NCBI GenBank assembly: GCA_934699705.1
Contig: CAKUXD010000012.1
Location: forward strand, 22,683 to 46,682
Length of the DNA stretch: 24,000 bases
Reading direction: 5' to 3'
Source: an uncultured Candidatus Melainabacteria bacterium
Lineage (GTDB): Bacteria; Cyanobacteriota; Vampirovibrionia; Gastranaerophilales; Gastranaerophilaceae
Under the pieces are notes generated by a model that made no database searches, was not told the DNA's origin, and was given only the letters and a program-made list of their open reading frames with translations. This document shows positions 1 through 9,800 of this stretch, piece after piece. How positions within the stretch are numbered: position 1 is the first letter of the stretch; each line of letters opens with the position of its first letter. Made by a program: the position numbers and the translations under genes.

Positions 1-60
1 GAACCAATAAAGCATTATTGGGATACAGGTGTTATCGCAAGAGAAGGAATTGAGTATTAA
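1..60 (+). CDS. C-terminal fragment of an upstream protein (...EPIKHYWDTGVIAREGIEY*), product unknown
   Basis: Frame 1 is open from the window edge to TAA at 58-60; converges with and overlaps by a few nt the minus-strand gene ending at 57. Very short. Confidence 0.4.
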   Translation, partial: EPIKHYWDTGVIAREGIEY

Positions 61-1349
61 AGCGTTTTTATCATATCAATAATTTCTTTTACAGAATTTG
101 AATTTTGTACGATAAAGAAATTTTGATGTGTTTTCTTTCTTACATAATCAAGTGTTTTTCCGTCTAGGAACACTTCTGAGAAGGCTTTGAGCATTATTGA
201 TGGAATAATTGTAATATCAGCTTTTTTGTCTTTTATTGAATTAATTAAATCGTCGCTTGTTATTAACCCTGCAACTGTGATGTTATTACCCCAATAAGTT
301 GATTTTACTGGAACACATTCGCAAGTTAAGTTTTTCACGTTTTGATTAAGTTTTTCGCAAACTTTTTTAATTGCATATTCTGCTGCGTATGAAGTCGCAA
401 ATGTTATTTTTGTTTCTTTTTTGATTGATTTTGGAAGTTTTAGTTTTTCAAATTCATCAAGTAAAAGTCTTAAAGTCCCAACGCCATCGCTTAATTGAGA
501 GAAGTTTCCATAATATTCTGTTGGCGGAATTTCTTCTCCAGCAAGTAAAAAGAATTCATCAGAACAACAAACTCCTTTGTATTTTGAAGCAATTTTTAAA
601 GTTTCTTTTGCAATCGTTTCATCAACTTGTTTAAGCATATTATCATTTCTAAATTGAGTTAATCCAACTGGCACAATTGCCGTTGATAAAACAGCATTCT
701 TTAAGGATTTTAAATCTTTTAATGTTCGGTCTAATTCTGCGCCATCATTAAAGTCTGGGCAAAGTACGATTTGACAATGAAATGGAATTTCTTGTTTCTT
801 TAACCATTTTAAGTTGTCCATAATTTTTCCTGCATTAGGATTTCTAAGCATTTTAACGCGAAGTTCAGGGTTAGTTGTATGTACAGAAACATATAAAGGC
901 CCTAGATGCATTCTTGCTATGCGGTTTTTGTCTTCTTCTTTTAAGTTTGTAAGCGTTACATACGTTCCTTGTAAATAAGAAAGCCTGTAATCATCGTCCT
1001 TGATGTATAAAGTATCTCTTAATCCTTTTGGTTGTTGGTCAACAAAACAAAAAATACATTTATTTAAACAAGGTTTAATTTTGTCAAAAACAGCTGATTC
1101 GAAAATTATACCTAAAGGTTCGTCAAAATCTTTTTCAATTTCTATATCTTCAAGTTCTCCGTTTAATTTTTTTACAGAAAGAGTTAAAAATTCTGTTTTG
1201 CAGTAAAAATTGTAATCTATCAGGTCGGTTAATTTGCAACCATCAATTGAAAGAATTTCATCGCCTGCTTCAAGTTCTATTTCGTCAGCAATTGAGTCTA
1301 GTTCAACATCACTAATTATTGCGGGCATTTTCTTTCTCCAAGTTTTCAA
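57..1349 (-). CDS. DUF512-type radical SAM protein with N-terminal PDZ-like domain
   Basis: Cys motif CLNKCIFCFVDQ, YLQGTYVTLTN, YVSVHTTNPELR; PDZ-like N-terminus 'EIELEAGDEILSIDG'. An internal ATG (start at 1328) giving MPAIISDVELDS is an alternative start. Confidence 0.87.
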   Translation of the reverse strand: MKTWRKKMPAIISDVELDSIADEIELEAGDEILSIDGCKLTDLIDYNFYCKTEFLTLSVKKLNGELEDIEIEKDFDEPLGIIFESAVFDKIKPCLNKCIFCFVDQQPKGLRDTLYIKDDDYRLSYLQGTYVTLTNLKEEDKNRIARMHLGPLYVSVHTTNPELRVKMLRNPNAGKIMDNLKWLKKQEIPFHCQIVLCPDFNDGAELDRTLKDLKSLKNAVLSTAIVPVGLTQFRNDNMLKQVDETIAKETLKIASKYKGVCCSDEFFLLAGEEIPPTEYYGNFSQLSDGVGTLRLLLDEFEKLKLPKSIKKETKITFATSYAAEYAIKKVCEKLNQNVKNLTCECVPVKSTYWGNNITVAGLITSDDLINSIKDKKADITIIPSIMLKAFSEVFLDGKTLDYVRKKTHQNFFIVQNSNSVKEIIDMIKTL

Positions 1350-1842
1350 TTAGTGAAATAAAATTTTGATATTCACATAAAGTATTATCTAAAATAACTC
1401 TTTGATAGAACGTAAGAGGTGTATATTCGTCATTAAGAGTGTTTTCCGCTGAAAATTTATGTTCCATAGCACGAAGTTTTAAGTTTGCAAAAAGTTTTTC
1501 ACACTCATCTTGTGATAAAAAAGAGGCACAAGCTATTTTTATTCTTGCATTTGAGAAAAATTGTATTGGATTTTCAGATAAATTTTCTAACAACATTTTT
1601 TTTAGCTCTTGTAAGCCATCATTTGTTATTGAATAAAATCCAGATTGTTTGCCACCTTCGGACATTGCACGACGTGAACGAATAAAACCATCTGCCTCAA
1701 GTCTTTTAAGCGCAGGTTTTATTGCGCCAAAACTAGGTTTTGTGTAGGCAGAAAAAGAGTCTAAAATGGCTTTTTGTATGCCATACATAGTTAATTCTCT
1801 TTTTATTAATAAAAATAAGATTAATTGTTCTAACATACACAT
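1312..1842 (-). CDS. PadR-family transcriptional regulator
   Basis: LEQLILFLLIKRELTMYGIQKAI...FGAIKPALKRLEADGFIRSRR...GFYSITNDGLQEL is a typical PadR winged-helix N-terminus. Overlaps the start of the downstream radical SAM ORF. Confidence 0.82.
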   Translation of the reverse strand: MCMLEQLILFLLIKRELTMYGIQKAILDSFSAYTKPSFGAIKPALKRLEADGFIRSRRAMSEGGKQSGFYSITNDGLQELKKMLLENLSENPIQFFSNARIKIACASFLSQDECEKLFANLKLRAMEHKFSAENTLNDEYTPLTFYQRVILDNTLCEYQNFISLIENLEKENARNN

Positions 1843-1915
1843 ATTTTAGCATAAAAATTTGGAGAAAATTTTTTTTAGATTATAATAATTATGTACTTAT
1901 AAATAGTAGGATTTT

Positions 1916-2644
1916 ATGGAAACCTTAATAAATTTAGAAAATATAAATGAAATTGTAAAAGAAACTAATCTAAAGCACATTGCAATTATTATGGACGGCA
2001 ACAGACGCTGGGCAAAATTGAAAAATTTGCCGTCTGCAATGGGACATAAAAAAGGTGTTGATGCGCTAAAAGAAACGCTTAAAGCGTGTGATGATTTTGG
2101 AGTAAAATATTTAACAGTTTATGCTTTTTCAACTGAAAATTGGAAACGCAAACAAGAAGAAGTTGATTTTTTAATGGATTTATTTTGTAAAACCCTGAAA
2201 AATGAAACTTTAGAAATGCATCAAAAAAATGTTGTTATAAGTTTTATCGGAGATACTTCAAAATTATCTCCAAAGTTGCAAGAAATTTTACGCGAATCAA
2301 CTGAATTAACGAAGGACAACACAGGTGTTCATTTGCAAATTGCATTTAACTATGGTTCGCGAGATGAAATTGTTCATGCGGTTAAAAACATTGTTAAAAA
2401 AGGTGTTTCAGCTGATGAAATTACAGAAGATTTAATTTCATCTGAATTATATACTGCAAATACTCCAAATCCTGATTTGCTGATTAGAACAGGTGGAGAG
2501 ATGAGAATTTCAAATTATTTGTTATGGCAAATTGCTTACTCAGAATTTTATGTTACTCAACAATTTTGGCCAGAATTTGGAAAAAATGCTTTGGCTGAAG
2601 CGATTATTGAATTTAAAAATCGACAAAGACGTTTTGGAGTTTAG
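1916..2644 (+). CDS. uppS: Undecaprenyl diphosphate synthase (cis-prenyltransferase)
   Basis: HIAIIMDGNRRWAK, GHKKGVDAL, YAFSTENWKR, PDLLIRTGGEMRISNYLLWQIAYSEFY motifs. Confidence 0.97.
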   Translation: METLINLENINEIVKETNLKHIAIIMDGNRRWAKLKNLPSAMGHKKGVDALKETLKACDDFGVKYLTVYAFSTENWKRKQEEVDFLMDLFCKTLKNETLEMHQKNVVISFIGDTSKLSPKLQEILRESTELTKDNTGVHLQIAFNYGSRDEIVHAVKNIVKKGVSADEITEDLISSELYTANTPNPDLLIRTGGEMRISNYLLWQIAYSEFYVTQQFWPEFGKNALAEAIIEFKNRQRRFGV

Positions 2645-2646
2645 AA

Positions 2647-3219
2647 ATGAAAATTGTTTTTGCAACTGCAAATCCTCATAAATTACAAGAAGTAAATGCG
2701 ATTTGTGAAGGAGCAGGTTTAGAATTTATCTTACCCGCAGATGGATTTAATCCGATTGAAAATGGTAATACTTTCGAAGAAAATTCATTAATTAAGGCAA
2801 AAGAAGCCTTCAGAGTGTCAAAAACTTATGCCCTGGCCGATGATTCAGGTCTTTGTGTTGAAGCGTTAAATGGAGCGCCTGGACTTTATTCTGCCAGATA
2901 TGCAGGTTCTCAAGATGAAAAAATTGAAAAAATCCTTGCGGAATTAGAAGGTGAAGAAAACAGAAAAGCAAAATTTGTTTGTTGTATGACACTTTTGAAT
3001 GAAAAAGGTGAAATGATTTTTCAAACGACTGGTGAGTGCCATGGTTCTATTGTTGAAAAGAGAAAAGGGGTTAATGGCTTTGGTTATGACCCAGTATTTT
3101 TAGTGAATGGTTACGATAAAACAATGGCTGAATTATCAGAAAATGAAAAAAATAAAATTTCACACAGAGCTAATGCTTTGGCAAAAGTTTTAGATTTTAT
3201 AAAAAAAGATTTAATATAA
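2647..3219 (+). CDS. rdgB: Non-canonical purine NTP pyrophosphatase, RdgB/HAM1 family
   Basis: MKIVFATANPHKLQEV, ENSLIKAKEA, ALADDSGLCVEALNGAPGLYSARYAG, GFGYDPVF motifs; starts 2 nt after uppS. Confidence 0.96.
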   Translation: MKIVFATANPHKLQEVNAICEGAGLEFILPADGFNPIENGNTFEENSLIKAKEAFRVSKTYALADDSGLCVEALNGAPGLYSARYAGSQDEKIEKILAELEGEENRKAKFVCCMTLLNEKGEMIFQTTGECHGSIVEKRKGVNGFGYDPVFLVNGYDKTMAELSENEKNKISHRANALAKVLDFIKKDLI

Positions 3220-3292
3220 CGTAAAATCTAATGATTTAAAAAAATGTTAATAATATAATATTTATATAAGAGATTTATGAAAGGATTTTTCA

Positions 3293-4303
3293 ATGATTAA
3301 TAGTGAAGTGTATCAACAATTGGAAAGAGAAATTAATCCAACACATGATATAAAACTTTTTGCTGGCCGTTCAAACCCAAAATTAGCACAAGAAGTTGCA
3401 GAGGCTTTGGGTACATCTATTGGGCCTATGGTTATTAAAGATTTTGCTGATGGTGAAATTTATGTACAGGTAAAAGACAGCGTAAGAGGCGATGATGTAT
3501 TTATTATTCAACCTCTTTGCAAACCTGTTAATCAAAATTTGATGGAATTATTGATTATTATTGATGCATTTAAACGTGCAAGCGCAAAATCAATAACTGC
3601 AGTTATTCCATATTACGGTTATGCAAGACAAGATAGAAAAACTTCTGGTAGAGAAGCAATTACTGCAAAATTGGTTGCGGATTTATTGACAACAGCTGGT
3701 TGTAACAGAGTTTTGGCGGTAGATTTACACTCTGGTCAAATTCAAGGCTTCTTTAATATATTGGTTGATCATATTTTTGCAACATCAATTTTAGTAAATC
3801 ATATTAAAAAATTAGGTTTAAACCCTGATGATATGGTTGCAGTCAGCCCTGATACGGGTGGAGTTCAAAGAGCAAGACACTTTGCAAAAGATTTAAGTTG
3901 CTCTCTTGCAATTATTGACAAACGTCGTGATAAACATAATGAAGCTATCGCAAATTGTGTAATTGGTGATGTTAAAGATAAAATTTGTATTATGTTTGAT
4001 GATATTATTGATACAGCAGGTTCAATCACAGAAGCAGCTAAATTGTTGAAAAAAGAAGGAGCAAGAGATATTTATGTTTGCGCTATTCACCCTGTATTCT
4101 CAGGTCCAGCTATTCAAAGATTGGAAGAAGCTCCTATTAAAGAAGTTATTGTAACTAATACAATTCCTCTTGATACAGAAAAACTTCCTGCAAAAATTAA
4201 ACAACTTTCAGTTGCAAACTTGTTAGGTCAAGCTATTTCTCGTATTCACGATGATGAATCTATAAGTTCTTTATTCGGTTTTGAAAAAGAAATGAAGGTT
4301 TAA
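3293..4303 (+). CDS. prs: Ribose-phosphate pyrophosphokinase
   Basis: LFAGRSNPKLAQEVA, FADGEIYVQ, YYGYARQDRK, VDLHSGQIQGFF, VMFDDIIDTAGSI motifs. Confidence 0.98.
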   Translation: MINSEVYQQLEREINPTHDIKLFAGRSNPKLAQEVAEALGTSIGPMVIKDFADGEIYVQVKDSVRGDDVFIIQPLCKPVNQNLMELLIIIDAFKRASAKSITAVIPYYGYARQDRKTSGREAITAKLVADLLTTAGCNRVLAVDLHSGQIQGFFNILVDHIFATSILVNHIKKLGLNPDDMVAVSPDTGGVQRARHFAKDLSCSLAIIDKRRDKHNEAIANCVIGDVKDKICIMFDDIIDTAGSITEAAKLLKKEGARDIYVCAIHPVFSGPAIQRLEEAPIKEVIVTNTIPLDTEKLPAKIKQLSVANLLGQAISRIHDDESISSLFGFEKEMKV

Positions 4304-4315
4304 TAATTAGATTTT

Positions 4316-4353
4316 AAAAAGGCGCGAGTGATTTATCACTCGCGCCTTTTTTT
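4316..4353. terminator. Bidirectional intrinsic terminator between convergent prs and hydrolase genes
   Basis: aaaaaGGCGCGAGTGATttATCACTCGCGCCttttttt: 12-bp perfect GC-rich stem (4321-4332 / 4335-4346) with A- and T-tracts on both sides. Confidence 0.93.
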
Positions 4354-4364
4354 GTTTATTTGTC

Positions 4365-5168
4365 TTAGTTTTGGTTTTTAAAATATTGAATTGTCCAGTT
4401 TAAAATTGTATCAAGAATTTCAGGGTGTTGCTTTAATAGCAACATTCCGCCACTTCCAGACTCAACATTACAAACATCAAAAGTACCTTGTGCAAATTTT
4501 ACAAGTTTTTCTTGTTCTTTTATTGCATAAACATCTGTTTTACTTGCAAGTGCAAGAATTGGAGTTGTGCCAATTTCAGTTAAAGCAACAGGAATGTATA
4601 AACTTTTAAACGTCATAGATGGAGATAATAAAACCAACGCTTTTGGCTTAACTTGTAGTTTTTTTGCAACTAAAACAGCTGTATTTGCGCCAATATCTCC
4701 GCCAATGATTGCGTAATTATTAAAGTTAGCCTTCTTTGTTTCCTTTTCAATTGATTTAATTATTGCAATTATGTCGTCAGGGTATTTTGCAAAAGTGTCG
4801 TTTTTGTAACTTCTCCAAGAACGCTGGTGGAAGGTTTTACTGTAAACACTTTTTCCATGACCTCTTAAATCAACTCTTAATACTGCAAATCCTTTTTTGT
4901 TAAATTTTTGTTGTAAAGGAATCCAATAAGAACTATTGTAACCAATTGAATGCAACATTATTATTGTAGGATACCCTTTTTGTTTTGTCTTTGGATAACT
5001 CAAATAAGATTTTATGATTTGGTTATCAGATGTTAAGGTTGAAAATTCTCTTTCAGTATAAGGCTTTTTAGGCTTTTTGGCTTGTTCTGCTTTAACTGAT
5101 AAAACATTTAGCATCATTGTTACAAAAACTATTGTCAAAAATAAAATTAAATTTTTTTTCATTTGCAT
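4365..5168 (-). CDS. Secreted/lipid-exposed alpha/beta hydrolase (dienelactone hydrolase/peptidase-like)
   Basis: N-terminal signal peptide MKKNLILFLTIVFVTMMLNVLSVKA; PTIIMLHSIGYNSSYW, LRVDLRGHGKS, and a possible nucleophile-elbow region AIIGGDIGANTAV. Confidence 0.7.
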   Translation of the reverse strand: MQMKKNLILFLTIVFVTMMLNVLSVKAEQAKKPKKPYTEREFSTLTSDNQIIKSYLSYPKTKQKGYPTIIMLHSIGYNSSYWIPLQQKFNKKGFAVLRVDLRGHGKSVYSKTFHQRSWRSYKNDTFAKYPDDIIAIIKSIEKETKKANFNNYAIIGGDIGANTAVLVAKKLQVKPKALVLLSPSMTFKSLYIPVALTEIGTTPILALASKTDVYAIKEQEKLVKFAQGTFDVCNVESGSGGMLLLKQHPEILDTILNWTIQYFKNQN

Positions 5169-5297
5169 ATTCCTTTTTTACATATTTTATTATAATATTA
5201 ATTATGAAATATTACAAATGTTACAATTTTTCTTAAAATTGAAATTTGTGATATTGTAAATTGTTATTATAAGTAAGATTATAATTAGAGGGTTATT

Positions 5298-6209
5298 ATG
5301 GCAAACATAGCAATTGATACAAATATATATGCTTTGCAACGTAAGTTGAATATTACATCTGCTCGTATGATGCAATATACTGATAAAACTGTTGATGAAA
5401 TTATCGAAGCAGAAGCGGCTCAGGGTAATAGACAAGCGGTTGAATTTGCTAAAAAATTAGAGTCAGACCCTCAAGAACTTATAAAAACTTATAAGTTAGA
5501 TGATCCTGGAAATAAATTTAATATTTTATCACAAGTTCCACCTCAACAGATGGAAAAATTATTGGTTTTTCTTGAAGATGAAGATTTGAGATTAGGCTTA
5601 AATTTCTTTTCTCAAGAAAAATTGTTGAAATTAATGGAAGAAATGGCACCAATTGAAGAAGTTGTAAATGCGGCTTTATTATGTTTCCCATTAAAAGATA
5701 TTATGGAAATGATGCCAGATAAAGAGTTAAACAAATTTATTGTTAATAGAGATTTAGATGAAAAATTTTTGACGGATAATCTTGCGAAAATGCCACCAGA
5801 AGTAATTGCGGCAATGATAGAAACTGCAACTGGCGAGCCTGTTTTGGAAGAAAAACCGCAAATGTTAATGAAAATGCTTAAAGATTTAGATGATGATACT
5901 TATAAAGAAGCTCTAATTGCAATGAATTCTGACGCAAAAAGAGTTATGGTTATGAATATGTATCAGCAAGATGAGGAAGTAATGCAATTGTTCCCAGCAG
6001 GTGCTTATACAGATATGTTAGCAATATTGCAAAAACCAGATATGATGGTATGCGTTAATGCGTTGCAAAATGAAACTTTGGTTAATATGAACGCAGAATT
6101 GCCACCTGAGTTAATGTCAATTGTTCTTACTCAAATGGATTCAAAAGACTTTGCTAAAATTCTTATTGAGAAATATCCTGATTTGTTGAGTCAGATAGTT
6201 GCTGCGTAG
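5298..6209 (+). CDS. Helical-repeat protein resembling MgtE N-terminal/FliG-type repeats, function unknown
   Basis: Repeated motifs such as ILSQVPPQQMEKLLVFLEDEDLRLGL, LAKMPPEVIAAMIETATG, LPPELMSIVLTQMDSKDFAKILIEKYPDLLSQIV; good RBS (agaGGGTtattATG). Family call is inferred from pattern only. Confidence 0.65.
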   Translation: MANIAIDTNIYALQRKLNITSARMMQYTDKTVDEIIEAEAAQGNRQAVEFAKKLESDPQELIKTYKLDDPGNKFNILSQVPPQQMEKLLVFLEDEDLRLGLNFFSQEKLLKLMEEMAPIEEVVNAALLCFPLKDIMEMMPDKELNKFIVNRDLDEKFLTDNLAKMPPEVIAAMIETATGEPVLEEKPQMLMKMLKDLDDDTYKEALIAMNSDAKRVMVMNMYQQDEEVMQLFPAGAYTDMLAILQKPDMMVCVNALQNETLVNMNAELPPELMSIVLTQMDSKDFAKILIEKYPDLLSQIVAA

Positions 6210-6744
6210 ATTGTACGTAATTTTTGTTAAGAAAGTCTATCAAAAATTCTAATGCCACTTGAGTAAAGAGGAATTTTATCATTCTTCTGCTATGGCAAGG
6301 ATTGACTTCAAATTTTCGAACTTGCTCGTCGCATTTATTTTTGATTGCAACATAAATATGACCAACAGATTTACCCGTTTCTGGTATCGTTGGTCCAGCA
6401 ACGCCTGTTGTTGATATTGCTATATCACAACCAGTTTTTCTAAATAAACCATTTGCCATTGCAAGCGCGCATTCTTCGCTTACTGCACCATATTTTTCAA
6501 AAATATTTTTATCTACACCTAAAAGTTCAGTTTTAGCCTCGTTTGCGTAAGTTACAAAGTTTGCAACTGTAAATGACGAACTTCCTGCGATGTCTGTAAG
6601 TCTTGAACTAAGAAGCCCGCCAGTACAAGATTCGGCTGTTGCGATTTTTATTGAATAATTAAATAAAATTCTGGCTATTTTTTGTTCGGTTTTTGTGCTA
6701 AATTGATTTTTTATATAATTTATATTTTCTAAAAATTTATTCAT
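6163..6744 (-). CDS. pncC: CinA C-terminal domain protein / nicotinamide-nucleotide amidase (PncC)
   Basis: IATAESCTGGLLSSRLTDIAGSS, FVTYANEAKTELLGV, GAVSEECALAMANG, ISTTGVAGP motifs. The last ~15 codons overlap the convergent upstream gene. Confidence 0.88.
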   Translation of the reverse strand: MNKFLENINYIKNQFSTKTEQKIARILFNYSIKIATAESCTGGLLSSRLTDIAGSSSFTVANFVTYANEAKTELLGVDKNIFEKYGAVSEECALAMANGLFRKTGCDIAISTTGVAGPTIPETGKSVGHIYVAIKNKCDEQVRKFEVNPCHSRRMIKFLFTQVALEFLIDFLNKNYVQSTQQLSDSTNQDISQ

Positions 6745-6784
6745 AGTATTAATTTATAGTGATTATGATGTTTTGTCAAGAACA

Positions 6785-6813
6785 AAAAAGCGTACTGAAA
6801 AAGTACGCTTTTT
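6785..6813 (-). terminator. Intrinsic terminator downstream of the large GH13-like gene
   Basis: AAAAAGCGTACtgaaaaaGTACGCTTTTT: perfect 11-bp stem (6785-6795 / 6803-6813) with T-run on the minus strand. Confidence 0.85.
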
Positions 6814-6836
6814 ATGTATTTAATTTATATGTTTAT

Positions 6837-9800
6837 TTATTTTGCCAATAACTCTAACTTTGAACCTGTTTCAGCTTTTGATACAGTTTTGTATGGATTA
6901 GTTGCAAAGTTATATTGTGGGTTGTACATAACTCTTGTTTTTTCTGTTTTTTCAGGCACAGAATATAAAATTAATGTACTATCATACATATCAACTCGGT
7001 TGTCATCTCTGTATTTGCCAGTTGACATTACGTATCTATAATCTTCTTCGTTGTTGAAACGTTTAATAAAGTAATTACCTTTGTCCTCGCAAACTTTATA
7101 AAGGGATTTATCTCTATTGTCTGCGTTTTTGAAGGTTGTGCCTACTTTTAAACCGCCTCTTAAACCAACTTTGTCATTATTTGTTGTGTGTAAAGATATA
7201 CTATCTAATTTAACGTGCGTTGGGTGATATTCTGCTTCTTTATCAAGATTTACGTTATTTGCGTTAAATAAAGTTACTGCCATAGCACCGTCTGCTGATT
7301 GTCTAAGAATTGCAGAAACAGGTTTACCAGTTTGAACATCTTTGTGTAAATCTAATGTAAATGGCGCGCCATCATTAAGAGCTTTTAATTCTGGTCTATC
7401 TCGAAGTGCCATAGTTTCGTTCATTTTATTGTAGAAATCTTGAACGAATTGTTTATTTTTATCGTTTAGCCAATCCCAACGAACTGCATTACGGTTTTGA
7501 ATATAAACGTTTTTAGCTTTTTCTTCGTAGCCTGTCATACCTAATTCATCACCTGCATACATTGTTGGATTTCCGGGTAAACTTACCAAAAATCCCATCA
7601 TTGCTTGGAATTTCGTCATTGACGGTTTTAAGATTGTTTCAAAAGTTGCGTTGAATAATTTTGATTTTTCTTCTTTTGAAATATTTAGACCATGTTTTGC
7701 TTCAGCTTGTTTAATTACATATTTGATAGTTGTATCAAAAGGTTTAGTTCCAAATGCGTCAGCTGAAAATTCTTTGTCCATGTATTTACCAGAAGCTAAA
7801 TCTGCAATTGATTTACTTATAGCAGAGAAGGCTTCGTCTTTTTTCTGACCATAAAATACTTGACCTAATGCCTTTCCAAATCCGCCTTTAACTGCATCTG
7901 CCATAGCAATAGCCTTGTTGCTTACTTTGTTAAAATCAATGCTGTTGATATCAGCGTCTGTAACTTGATTATACATTTTATCTTTCAAAATTGCAGTTGC
8001 AATTTTTTTGTGGTTGTAATTGTCAGCAAAATTCGTGTGGAATAGTTCCATATCTAATGATAAACAGTGTAACATACGAGGTTTATCGTGATTACCTACG
8101 AATGTGTATGAGTAAAGGATTGAATCCAATGGTGCTGAATTTAAGTAATTGTCAGAACCTACCATTTTATCAAAAATCTTGCGTTCTCTGCCATTTGCAT
8201 CAAGAGTTACGCCAGTTGTAATATCTTTATTGAAGATATTTGCAACATCTGTGAAGAAATAAGAATAGTTCGCAATACTTGTCATTCCAGCTTCTTGATG
8301 TAATTTCATAACAGCATCTTTTGCAGTTGAAAATTTACCAGAATTATCGTGCAAAGCAAATTCATCTGTAACTTCTGCTACCATATATGCGTTTTTGTTT
8401 TCACCGATAACACCTTTTGAGAAATTTCTCCAAAAGTCGATTACACTTGACCATTCATCTTTAAAATTTGCGTTACCATTTCTTAAAGCGTCCATATCAG
8501 CAATATCCTTGGCTGCGTCAATTCTCCAGTCAAGACCTGCATTATTTCTGTCAACTATCATTTCTGCAAGTGCAAAACTGTTTTCGTTTAAGCCTTCAAG
8601 ACGTTTAGTTACTGCTGATGTTATTGCGTCTTTATCTTTTAATGAAATGTTTTTAATACCTGATTTTAAGCGTTTAATTACTAAATTTGCTTCATCTTCA
8701 GGTGAATCAGCTAAAATATTCATTGAAGCAAGTGTTGTTTCTTCTTTCAATTTATTGTAATCATAAGAAACTGTGCCATCTTCGTTCATTTTTGCTTGTG
8801 AATTTGGTGCTACTGCTTTAACTAACGCAAATTTTGCAATATCTTGGTTAACAAGAGGTAAAACATATTTGCCAAGTTTTGACACTTTATCGCCATCAAA
8901 TAATTTACCACCTAAATTTTTATTTACTTTTTGCATAACATCATTTGTAAATCTGAATAAATCTTCAGTAAATAATGTATCTGCTTTTTTATAAATATCT
9001 TTGTTTTCCGCCGTAACTTGTGGATTACCAGCTTTAAACATTTCATAACGACTCATGCCAATTTGATCTGCTTTCGTTGCACGATTTGTTATGAACGAAG
9101 AACTTAAAACGGCAGAAGTATCATCTGCGAATTCAATAGAGTCAAGTGGTAATGACATAATTGATTGAAGTGTTAATTCTTTGTAGTTATCTGTCAATTT
9201 TGTTGTTTTTGACTCGTAATCGCCTTTTATAACATTTTTCACAATATTTTCGTTGATATCATTGTTTGCAGGAAGTTCGCCTTTTTGAGTTAGCGCTTGA
9301 ATTTGAGCCATTGCTTTTTTAGGGTCAGAACTTACATTTTTTAATTCTTGAGCTACGTATTCATTTAAAATATCATTTGTCTTTCTTGTCCAGTATTTAC
9401 CAGAGTTTACAACGTAATCTTGAGCTTCAAAGTTTTTAGCCTTGATTAATTGTGTTTGATATTCTCTTTCGTGTCTTGGTAAGTTTTCTAAACGTTTTGT
9501 ATCAGCATGAGAAAATACGAAGTTTAATTTTGCAATATCTGTGTTTGCGTCCCATGTTTCAAAACCATTTTCAAACTTATCTTCTAAAACGTAAGATTCT
9601 GATTGAGTCAAGAATTTTGCTGCTAAAGGTTGATCTAGCATAATTTTCTTGTCTGCATTTTTGTTATATGCGTTTAAGTTTTTAACGTTTTTGTTGTATG
9701 TTTCAGGATTAATTTCAAACGAATAAGGTACAACTGTATCGTTATGATTGTTGATATCATAAGTGTTGCCTGTGTCTAGTTTATCGTAAGATTTGATAAG

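Noticed and set aside
1843-1915. Possible regulatory palindrome between padR and uppS
   Set aside because: Only A/T-rich runs visible; no convincing PadR-type dyad could be identified by eye.
5202-5435. 77-aa minus-strand ORF upstream of the helical-repeat gene
   Set aside because: Cys/Ile/Asn-rich translation of AT-rich intergenic DNA and antisense to the start of a convincing gene.
7651-9643. Several plus-strand ORFs of 63-121 aa (e.g. 8395-8760, 8773-8994) within the GH13-like gene
   Set aside because: They are antisense to one long, well-supported coding frame, have no recognisable motifs and are expected by chance.
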